Source of the DNA: an uncultured Bacteroidota bacterium
GTDB lineage: Bacteria > Bacteroidota > Bacteroidia > Bacteroidales > WCHB1-69
Direction of reading: 5' to 3'
Assembly: GCA_942493315.1 (NCBI GenBank)
Contig: OW818690.1
Coordinates: 942,696 to 1,006,695 of the forward strand
DNA: 64,000 nucleotides
Shown piece by piece: positions 39,021 to 46,921 of the stretch. Position numbers and translations under genes: made by a program. Every line of letters begins with the position of its first letter. Position 1 is the stretch's first letter. The notes beneath the pieces were generated by a model, which was given only the letters and a program-made list of their open reading frames with translations, made no database searches and was not told the origin of the DNA.

Positions 39021-39035
39021 CCAAAAATTATATCC

Positions 39036-40238
39036 ATGAAACAGTTATTTCTTTCTTTTTATCGTAAACTTTCGGAAACAGATATGCGCTTTGAACGCTA
39101 TTTGTTGAAACAAATTGACTGGAACAATCGACTTATAGCCATCACTGGTGCTCGTGGTACAGGAAAAACAACCTTATTACTACAACATATCAAAGAGATG
39201 TACGGCAATAATCCCGAGGATATTTTATTTGTAAGTTTAGATAATATTTATTTCAGCAATAACAATTTATATACGCTGGCCAATGATTTTTACACTTATG
39301 GAGGTCGTGAGTTGTATCTTGATGAGGTGCACAAATACCCTAATTGGGCTCAGGAGATCAAAAATATGTATGATGATTTCCCAAAATTAAAAGTTATTTT
39401 TACCGGTTCCTCAATGTTGCAAATTTTTAACGCGGATGGAGATTTGAGCAGACGGGTGCGCCATTATCAACTGTTTGGATTATCATTTCGTGAATTTTTG
39501 ATTTTTGAAGGGATTGTTCCGATATCGCAATGCAATTTTTCTTTAGAACAAATTCTCCATCATCATATCGAAATTGTAAATCAAATAACGCATTCAAAAT
39601 CTATTTTATCAGCTTTTCAAAAATATTTACAATACGGTTATTATCCTTATTATCAAGAAGATACTCCTGGTTACAGTGATCGTGTTTTACAAACTTTCAA
39701 TACAGTAATGGAGAGTGACTTACCTAATGTAGAAAGGATCGATTTTGATTCGATTCATAAAATTAAAAAGTTATTTTACATTTTATCAGAAATGATTCCA
39801 TACACTCCAAACATATCGCAATTGAGTCAAATGGTGGGTGTAACGCGTCCAAGTTTAATGAATTATCTTCAACATCTCGAAAAATCGCATACCATTTTAT
39901 TATTGAAACAAAAAGCAACAGGTATGAGACAATTAGTAAAACCTGAAAAAATCTATCTGCAAAACACGAATTATACTTATGCTTTATCGAAGAACAATCC
40001 GGATGTTGGTAATTTGCGTGAAACTTTCTTTTTCAACCAGATCCAACAAAATCATAAGGTCACCTATACAGAAAACACCGATTTTTGTGTGGATGATCAA
40101 TACTATTTTGAAATAGGCGGAAAGAACAAAAACGGCAAGCAGATTCAGGGTCTTCAAAACTCCTTTTTAGCCCTTGATGGGATCACCTGTGGATTTAGAA
40201 ACGAAGTACCCCTCTGGCTATTTGGATTTTTGTATTAA
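39036..40238 (+). CDS. AAA-type ATPase (DUF4143-family-like)
   Basis: Walker A GARGTGKTT and Walker B LYLDEVH. The size and C-terminal region resemble the common Bacteroidota AAA+/DUF4143 proteins. Confidence 0.75.
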   Translation: MKQLFLSFYRKLSETDMRFERYLLKQIDWNNRLIAITGARGTGKTTLLLQHIKEMYGNNPEDILFVSLDNIYFSNNNLYTLANDFYTYGGRELYLDEVHKYPNWAQEIKNMYDDFPKLKVIFTGSSMLQIFNADGDLSRRVRHYQLFGLSFREFLIFEGIVPISQCNFSLEQILHHHIEIVNQITHSKSILSAFQKYLQYGYYPYYQEDTPGYSDRVLQTFNTVMESDLPNVERIDFDSIHKIKKLFYILSEMIPYTPNISQLSQMVGVTRPSLMNYLQHLEKSHTILLLKQKATGMRQLVKPEKIYLQNTNYTYALSKNNPDVGNLRETFFFNQIQQNHKVTYTENTDFCVDDQYYFEIGGKNKNGKQIQGLQNSFLALDGITCGFRNEVPLWLFGFLY

Positions 40239-40672
40239 AAGTTTATTTAAAAGGCGAAGCGCACCCTTTTCAGCTATCAGGTATCAGGTTTCAGTTTTCA
40301 GCTATTAGTTATAAGGTTTTGGGTTTTGGGTATTAGTTTTCAAACCTTCGCCTTTCGCCCTTATTATTACACAGAGTTTCACTGTGTTTAACGGTGTCTC
40401 ACAGTGTTTATGTGTCTGTATTTTAAAATTTAAAACACTGTGAAACACTTTTTTTACACTGTGAAACATGGTGATATTAAAAATTCAAAAATAAAAAAGA
40501 AAAATGCCACAGATTTTAAAACGCAGATTAAACCGGATCTGTTTTAATCTGCGTTGCAAAGCATCCGTTGAATCTGTGTTCCATTTGGGTATAAGGTGCA
40601 AGGGGAAGGGGGAAAGTTGAAAGGAGCAGGAAACTTCCTTCGCCTTTAGCCCTTCGTCCTTCGTCCTTCGTC

Positions 40673-41146
40673 CTATTTCAAAAGCAAACGATTCACAACA
40701 GTATTCCACTTCTCGATAGATTGAAGTTCGCCGTAGAGTTGCATAGCGATATCATTATCATAAAATTCAAGGCGGATCTCTTGTTCCGTTTTATCTTTTG
40801 GAATCAGTACCAATTCCAACTTTTCGATCAGGGTAGTATTGTTCGCTATTCTTGAAGTATCTTTAATTTTGCATGTTTGAACCTTCTTTAAATCAACGAA
40901 TTGGTTATAATACTGACCTTCATAATGTTTGATAAAAAACAGGAACAGTTCGGTTTCATCCACACCGATCAGATAGTTTCCGCACATTTCGTATTCGGTA
41001 ATCCGGCAACCGTGTTGTAAAGCAAGTTGATTCAATTGTTGGATAGCCTGTTTGGTTTTTTTACGTTTCAATGTTTGAGCAATGATAAAAGGGATTACGC
41101 AGGCAAGGATAATAATCAATCCAATTATAATAGTTTTAGAGTCCAT
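40673..41146 (-). CDS. Hypothetical N-anchored protein (start moved to the ATG at 41146)
   Basis: The MDSKTIIIGLIIILACVIPFII anchor follows the internal ATG. I recognise no motif. Confidence 0.35.
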   Translation of the reverse strand: MDSKTIIIGLIIILACVIPFIIAQTLKRKKTKQAIQQLNQLALQHGCRITEYEMCGNYLIGVDETELFLFFIKHYEGQYYNQFVDLKKVQTCKIKDTSRIANNTTLIEKLELVLIPKDKTEQEIRLEFYDNDIAMQLYGELQSIEKWNTVVNRLLLK

Positions 41147-41237
41147 TTTTAATAATATTTTTTTAAAGTTAATAAATGATAAATAGTCCCTATTAAGGCA
41201 ACAGGGATAAAAAAAGCAAAAAAAAGTCATTTACAAA

Positions 41238-41609
41238 CTAACCGAAATGGTGGAAAGGGAAGGTAATATTAAATTTATGGGTTTGGACATTAAACTGGTT
41301 TAAAAATCCGCTATTAAAATCGAATTGAGTCTCCAGAAGTTGATCAAACAGGATTTGCACGCAGGTAAGATCCTTAAAATGAACTTTATAATTCTGAACA
41401 GGGAAAACCTTAACGGTAGAAACGGTTTTCTCGTTAGGGATTGAATTACAAGTTATGGTATCAGAAACCGAAACGTAGTGATGGGTAGGATCAGAATGAG
41501 ATGTAGGAACAGAACCGGGCAAAATGGAGTAGTAGATTCCCACATTCATAGAGAGGCAATAGAAGATTGCCAATCCAAAAGCCATTACCATTTTTCCGAA
41601 ATTTTTCAC
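41238..41609 (-). CDS. Hypothetical protein
   Basis: 123-aa ORF with an N-terminal hydrophobic segment. Confidence 0.3.
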   Translation of the reverse strand: MKNFGKMVMAFGLAIFYCLSMNVGIYYSILPGSVPTSHSDPTHHYVSVSDTITCNSIPNEKTVSTVKVFPVQNYKVHFKDLTCVQILFDQLLETQFDFNSGFLNQFNVQTHKFNITFPFHHFG

Positions 41610-41694
41610 GCCACAAAAGTAGTAAAAAAATGAGAATAAATCGGGAGAAAAGGGCGAAGGGCTAATGGCACAGGGCTAATGGCTAATGGGGAAA

Positions 41695-41786
41695 GGGATA
41701 GGGGAGATCTTGTTCCTTTTCTTTCATAAGTTATAAGGTTTTAGGTTTTGGGTATTGGTTTTTTAGAAATTTTTCATTTTTCATTC
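41695..41786 (+). repeat. Repeat R-B copy 1 (shared about 95-nt block)
   Basis: gggataggggagatcttgttccttttcttt..agttataaggttttaggttttgggtattggttttttagaaatttttcatttttcattc. It is near-identical to 56300-56399 apart from an 8-nt indel. Confidence 0.7.
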
Positions 41787-41826
41787 GTCCGTAGTCCGTT
41801 GTCCGTAGTCTGTAGTCTATTTTCTC

Positions 41827-42056
41827 AGGGCGTGCCGGCTTCCCCACCCACAATCCAACCCACGCCGTCGGTCTCCGGCCCATTTTCAGAATGCTCAATG
41901 TGCTCGAATGCTCTTGTGCTCATATACTCGATAGCTCTTTTCATTTTTCATTTATAATTAGCACAATACTATTCACTATTCACTATTAGTTATTAACTAA
42001 TTTTTCATCCCCTAAGCAGCTCAACTTGCGGGGTATCTGGCCTCCGCCCTAATGCG
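41827..42056 (+). repeat. GC-rich repeat family A, copy A2 (interior replaced by low-complexity modules)
   Basis: The 5' part agggcgtgccggc..gtcggtctccggccc and the 3' part ctaagcagctcaacttgcggggtatctggcctccgccctaatgcg match A3 and A1. Confidence 0.6.
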
Positions 42057-42430
42057 AAAAACCTGCGGTTTTTTGGGTTTTAGGTTTTGGGTATTGGTTT
42101 TTAGTTCTCAGTTTTTGCTCCGGTCTCCAGTCCCTCGTCTCTTGTCCATTTTTCATTTCATTTGCTAATTTTTCCCGAAATCCTCTGAAACACTCCCCCC
42201 TCTCCCCACTCTCTTCTTTTGTCCTTCGTCCTTCGTCCAATTAGCTCATTATCATCTCCCTCCCCGCGATCTGGAAGATGGTCTCTATAGTTGATTAGTG
42301 TAAAGAGAATTAAAAAATAGAGCATGTCAATATTCAAGATCAATCAGTTATTTTTTATAATTAACTGTATTTTAATTGTTAAAAATCCTTAAAAAGAATA
42401 AAATCATTTGGATAAGTGGTTTTTAGTTTC

Positions 42431-42438
42431 TAAATTTG
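42431..42438 (+). promoter_or_regulatory. -7 promoter box (TAAATTTG) about 210 nt upstream of the five-gene operon
   Basis: TAnnTTTG followed by TCGCGTA, the same extension as at the ssb promoter. No other box lies closer to the ATG at 42648. Confidence 0.4.
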
Positions 42439-42647
42439 TCGCGTAAAAATTGGATCACTAAAATTTTTCTATTTCATTCTACAGTTGACTTTAAAATAAT
42501 TTGTGAAAATCTTTATAAAACAAAACACACTTAATTAATTATTGTTTTAAGAGAATAGTTTTTTAAGTTCTTATATTAACATCAGAGAACTAGATTTTTT
42601 TAATTTTAAAATTATAGCAATATTAAAATAAAAAACCCCAATAAATA

Positions 42648-45515
42648 ATGAAATTCAAATTACAAACTTGTTTTATTGGTTTAACTGTAGCAACTTTTTT
42701 AGTTACGATTGGCATTATATATTTTGGTTACATCAACAAAACTACAGATCGTCTTTATTTCTCAATAACCCAATTTGACTTGCCTAATAGTAATGACTTT
42801 ACTATTGGGGAGAACTCTGATATATGCTATAAGGATATACCTGAAAAGTATATGACTGTGTCGTATGATAATGGCGCATTTTCATACAAAATCAATAATT
42901 CAGATAGTTGTTTGTATTATTTCATAAACGACACCAATTATAACAAAGTTACTATACACATAAACGATAATATACAAGTTTTTGGACAAGTTTTTTCCGG
43001 TAAGTATTTAATCAACAAGCTGAAAAAACTCGACAATGAGTATTATATGCTTAAAGATGTAATGATTGATGATTTGAGTACTAAAATTCGCAATTCAATT
43101 AACACTGGTGAAATTGAATTCAACTCATTTATTCAAAAGAAACATAATAAATACTATCTTATCATTCTTGACAAATTTACAAAAATAAATAATATTGGTT
43201 ACTGTTATTCAAAAACTTTAAGTCCGGGTCAAGAATTTAAGATCCAGTTTTTCAAAATGAATAGTTGGAGTGTAAAAAAACAAGAAAAAAGATTTTGGGA
43301 TTATGTGCAATTTTGGGATTACAAAACCTATCTTTCTGACAGTATACGTTCTTATTTTGCAAAACCAGTGCAAATATTTACTGAGTGGGGTGCTGGTCAT
43401 ATCCTTGTAAAGAGAAATGATTTGCATTATTCAGCAACTTTCCCTAAAGCAATATCAACTACTATCCCAATAAAAAGGATAATTGAAACTGCTGATAGTT
43501 CTGAAACAGGGGTATATCTCAAACAAATGCTGAAATCATACTATATGCCTACTGATTTTTATATTCCTGCATTTTCTAATGCACTTTCTGAAAATATTTG
43601 TGAACTTTCGGTAGCAGAAAATTTTAACTTGGTTTTTCAAAAAGCAAATAATAGAGATACAGCAAATTGTCTAACGTCGGGTAGTTTAATACCAAAAATT
43701 AATATAAAAAATCAACAACTTGTTACAGGTGGTATTACGTACAAAACCCGGGTTTTAAATACTGCATTTTATTGGTCGAAGCATTGGTCGTTAGCTATTG
43801 CATGGTTTATATTGATGTTAATTTTACATTTTTCCTTTCCAAAATCAGGCGATGAACCATATGCAGAAAAAGTAAAAGACATTCGTTCATATATTTGTGG
43901 AATGTTTACTTTGTTCTGGTTTTTCCTTAATCAGAAGCTTTTAATTGCCGAAAAACTGACATTTACTTATCCTTATTTTGAAAAAATTTATTCTGTTGTC
44001 TACATAACAACATTGTTTTCGCTTTTTGCTGTGTTTTTGCTTATAGTGTTGATAAATCGTTCGTATTTTGATGAAAATGCACTTGGCGAAGACAGGTACA
44101 GTAACAACCCTTTTAGAGTAAAAAAATCAGGTTGGTTCAATTGGATTATTGCATGCGGAATAACTTCGATCTGTATTTATGCATACTGCAAAATAAAATC
44201 AAATTTTATCTTGCCGATTTGGAATAGTTATATTGACAAAGATTCTTTAGATATATGGACATTTTGGAAATGGCAAAAGATAGGTATGCTAAATGATAAT
44301 CATTTTACTGTATTTATGATAATTGGCAGCTTATTAATTTTCTTGTTGGTATTATTTATAATCTTATTTTGTATTAAAAGAAAATGGTTTAAACGAATTG
44401 AAAAAGTAAAAAAAATAACTCGTTGGACTGAACAGATATATGATATAATATATAGCAGAGTTTCAAATTTGATTAATTTTAAAAAACCTAAAACTTATGC
44501 GATTTACCTTATAATAATAATTATTGCATTATTCTTTGTGGTTGCACTATTAGGTAATTCTGGAACGGCAGTTGCCATTATAATGCTTTTACTTTTGCTT
44601 GGCAAAACAATGAAAGTTTTAATTGATGACTTTAATCAGATAGAGGATTTCAACAAATGGGCGAAATGGATATTCTTGACGATGTTGGGAGTCTGTATAT
44701 TTGTTGGAATCGGTATGTATGATTTCGGATTTTTCATTAATGTTTTTGGGATTGCTGTTACTTGGATTTTTTTAATTATTTTATCAGCAAAGTATTTTGA
44801 TAATTATGCAGATGAAAACGAGACAATTATCAAAAAGCAAATAAAAAAAGGACTGGGTTTAGGTTTTTTACTGGTTATTGTTAGTTGTTTCATAATTTTT
44901 TGGTGGAATTCAAACCCTGAAAAAATTGATTATGAAAGAAATACTCGTAGAATACAGAACTGCATTTATCCAAATCAAGTAAAAGAGGCAGGTTATCTTT
45001 ACACCGAAAGCGATATGCAGTGGATGGAAGTAATGCGGCACTATGCAGAAAAGGCGAGCAAATCAACAGACGATATTTACAGTGAAGATAATAATTTTCA
45101 CCAACTTATTGCATCTGGGCAATCGCCTGTTGTGCTTAATGATGTAAGCATACCTACTGTTTATCTTGGCTCTTTGCGTTGGTTGGGATTGTTTGGTTTG
45201 TTTTATGGAATAATGGCTTTGGGTTTTTTTGTCTATTCGTTCAGCATTGGTGATGTTAAAAGAATTAATAGTCGCGGCAATAACATTTATCCAATCAACC
45301 TTCAATTGATAAGGCGATTGCTTGCAGGTAACTTATGGATTTTTGTTACACTATATCTGATTAAATCTTATTATTGGGACAAATTACCCGTGCCTTTCAC
45401 TGGACGCCTGATACCTGGATTTGGAGTTGATGCAGTTGGAGAAGCATTAGAAATTATTGTGTTATTTGCATTTATGTGTTCTTTATATAATCCTTATAAA
45501 CAAAATATAAAATGA
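42648..45515 (+). CDS. Operon gene 1: 955-aa polytopic membrane protein, with an unknown N-terminal domain of about 360 aa and a divergent SEDS (RodA/FtsW)-like C-terminal part
   Basis: About 13-14 hydrophobic helices. Motifs comparable with E. coli RodA as I recall it: GNSGTAVAIIML vs PDLGTSILVALS; RRIQNCIYPNQVKEAGYLYTES vs [27 protein letters not shown]..LGLFG vs HTDFIFAVLAEELGLVG; LPVPFTGRLIPGFGVDAVGEALEIIVLFAF vs LPVVGVPLPLVSYGGSALIVLMAGFG. Confidence 0.5.
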   Translation: MKFKLQTCFIGLTVATFLVTIGIIYFGYINKTTDRLYFSITQFDLPNSNDFTIGENSDICYKDIPEKYMTVSYDNGAFSYKINNSDSCLYYFINDTNYNKVTIHINDNIQVFGQVFSGKYLINKLKKLDNEYYMLKDVMIDDLSTKIRNSINTGEIEFNSFIQKKHNKYYLIILDKFTKINNIGYCYSKTLSPGQEFKIQFFKMNSWSVKKQEKRFWDYVQFWDYKTYLSDSIRSYFAKPVQIFTEWGAGHILVKRNDLHYSATFPKAISTTIPIKRIIETADSSETGVYLKQMLKSYYMPTDFYIPAFSNALSENICELSVAENFNLVFQKANNRDTANCLTSGSLIPKINIKNQQLVTGGITYKTRVLNTAFYWSKHWSLAIAWFILMLILHFSFPKSGDEPYAEKVKDIRSYICGMFTLFWFFLNQKLLIAEKLTFTYPYFEKIYSVVYITTLFSLFAVFLLIVLINRSYFDENALGEDRYSNNPFRVKKSGWFNWIIACGITSICIYAYCKIKSNFILPIWNSYIDKDSLDIWTFWKWQKIGMLNDNHFTVFMIIGSLLIFLLVLFIILFCIKRKWFKRIEKVKKITRWTEQIYDIIYSRVSNLINFKKPKTYAIYLIIIIIALFFVVALLGNSGTAVAIIMLLLLLGKTMKVLIDDFNQIEDFNKWAKWIFLTMLGVCIFVGIGMYDFGFFINVFGIAVTWIFLIILSAKYFDNYADENETIIKKQIKKGLGLGFLLVIVSCFIIFWWNSNPEKIDYERNTRRIQNCIYPNQVKEAGYLYTESDMQWMEVMRHYAEKASKSTDDIYSEDNNFHQLIASGQSPVVLNDVSIPTVYLGSLRWLGLFGLFYGIMALGFFVYSFSIGDVKRINSRGNNIYPINLQLIRRLLAGNLWIFVTLYLIKSYYWDKLPVPFTGRLIPGFGVDAVGEALEIIVLFAFMCSLYNPYKQNIK

Positions 45516-46921
45516 GAGAAGAAAAAAAAGCAGTTCTGAAAAAATTAGGTAAAATTTTGCTAAATAATGGTTTGTTGATTGCGATTTTGTTGTATTTTAT
45601 TACATGTGGATTTTTTTGCAACAATTTTAACGGCAAATGGTTATTGTGGTTGTTTATTAGCTGTTTTATAGGTTGGTTGTTTTCATTCTTTTATAAAGAG
45701 TATGAAAAAGCTGATGAAATGACCATTGAACCTGTTATTTATGATCACAGATATGACGAGCAAGTAAGTTGGAAAGACAGATTGAAGAATATAGGAAAAA
45801 GCGTACGTGAGATGTCAGGGTGGAATTACTTACGTTGGGCTTTAATTATATCATTTTTATCGGTCGCATGCTATATTATGCACGAAAGCTTATCCTCGTT
45901 ATGGATAAAGAATGAAAAATGGGATAAAATTTTTTGTTGGTTTTTATCAATGATTGTTATTATAACCTTATTTTGGATAACTGGTTGGATAACCCATCAA
46001 CATTCAAAAATAAATAACAGCTACAAAAAATTGTTTTTTTTCAGTTGTATTGGACTTTACATTCTCTTCGATTTAGCTCCCTTTACTTTCAATTATTTTC
46101 ATATATATAGCAATTTTGGGAATACTCAAATAATGGCTCAGACCGTAAAGGCAAGTGATGAATTGATTAAACTTATAAAACCTATTATTTGGGAAGAAAT
46201 AAAACCTAAACAAATTATTTTAGATAGTTTAAATAATGTAAACAAAGAATATTTTAATGAGATAAAAAACTGTGAGAAACGAAAAGAAATATTATTGGAT
46301 TCATTTGACAAAATGGCTACTAGCATTAATCCATCTGGTAGAACTTCTAAATTTAAAACAACAAAAGACGGTGAAACTACTAAAACAGAAAGTTCAATTA
46401 CAACGATTAATAATCGGGTTAATCAAATAAGTCGACAAATAGAAAGTCTCAATAAGAAAGTTAAGGGAAAAGAGATATTTGAAAAAACAACTCCAATAGT
46501 AAATGATTTAAAAAGAACAGATATATTATTAAATGAAATTGATTCATTAATTAGAATATACAATGAAGCAAAATTTGATAATAATAAGGAAAATCAAATA
46601 AATATAACAAGAGATATAATTTTTAATGTAGGAAAATTAAATGGAGAATTTATTGATGATTCGATTTCAAAAAAACTTATTAGTATTATCAATTCTGAAC
46701 AAATTGAAAGGGATAAAGCATTAAATGATTTATTTGAATTGATTCTAGGTAAATATGAAGATAATAACAATCAATTGCCTATTGAAAAAAGAGAAATCCA
46801 TACACTTTTACATAAAGTTAGTATTCAGAGCGTTGCTTTAAGTGCCTTAATTGATTTAGCTCCTATTTTTTTGGCACTCTTGATTACTTTTCCAACAACA
46901 AACAGGAGAAAAAGACAATGA
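45512..46921 (+). CDS. Operon gene 2: 469-aa membrane protein with a central coiled-coil-like region and a C-terminal TM
   Basis: ATGA overlap with gene 1. It has about 5 N-terminal TM helices, a long charged Lys/Glu/Asn-rich helical region, and a terminal helix. The short motif DLAPF/DLAPIF is repeated. Confidence 0.55.
   Translation: MREEKKAVLKKLGKILLNNGLLIAILLYFITCGFFCNNFNGKWLLWLFISCFIGWLFSFFYKEYEKADEMTIEPVIYDHRYDEQVSWKDRLKNIGKSVREMSGWNYLRWALIISFLSVACYIMHESLSSLWIKNEKWDKIFCWFLSMIVIITLFWITGWITHQHSKINNSYKKLFFFSCIGLYILFDLAPFTFNYFHIYSNFGNTQIMAQTVKASDELIKLIKPIIWEEIKPKQIILDSLNNVNKEYFNEIKNCEKRKEILLDSFDKMATSINPSGRTSKFKTTKDGETTKTESSITTINNRVNQISRQIESLNKKVKGKEIFEKTTPIVNDLKRTDILLNEIDSLIRIYNEAKFDNNKENQINITRDIIFNVGKLNGEFIDDSISKKLISIINSEQIERDKALNDLFELILGKYEDNNNQLPIEKREIHTLLHKVSIQSVALSALIDLAPIFLALLITFPTTNRRKRQ

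Noticed and set aside
40485-42343. Short ORFs 40485-40709, 41748-41957, 42049-42240 and 42158-42343
   Set aside because: They are composed of the 7-9-nt-period repeat modules and give low-complexity translations such as RRTKDEG, PLSVVCSLF and GRRTKEES. There is no start context or promoter box, so they are treated as non-coding repeat DNA. The same reasoning applies to 18603-18800.
42439-42647. Riboswitch or attenuator in the 210-nt operon leader
   Set aside because: Only a weak 6-bp stem (agttct..agaact, about 42573-42596) followed by a T-rich run is visible. I recognise no known riboswitch core and the leader is extremely AT-rich, so it is recorded only as a long leader.
42780-43010. FHA-domain-like stretch in the N-terminal domain of operon gene 1 (FTIGENSDICYKDIPEKYMTVSYDNGAFSYKINNSD..YFIND)
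   Set aside because: The resemblance to the FHA pattern (..IGR....DI.L.D..VSR.HA.I......) is superficial, because the conserved Arg/Ser/His/Asn positions are not all present. The segment also follows the first TM helix, so it is probably extracytoplasmic, where phospho-Thr recognition is unlikely.
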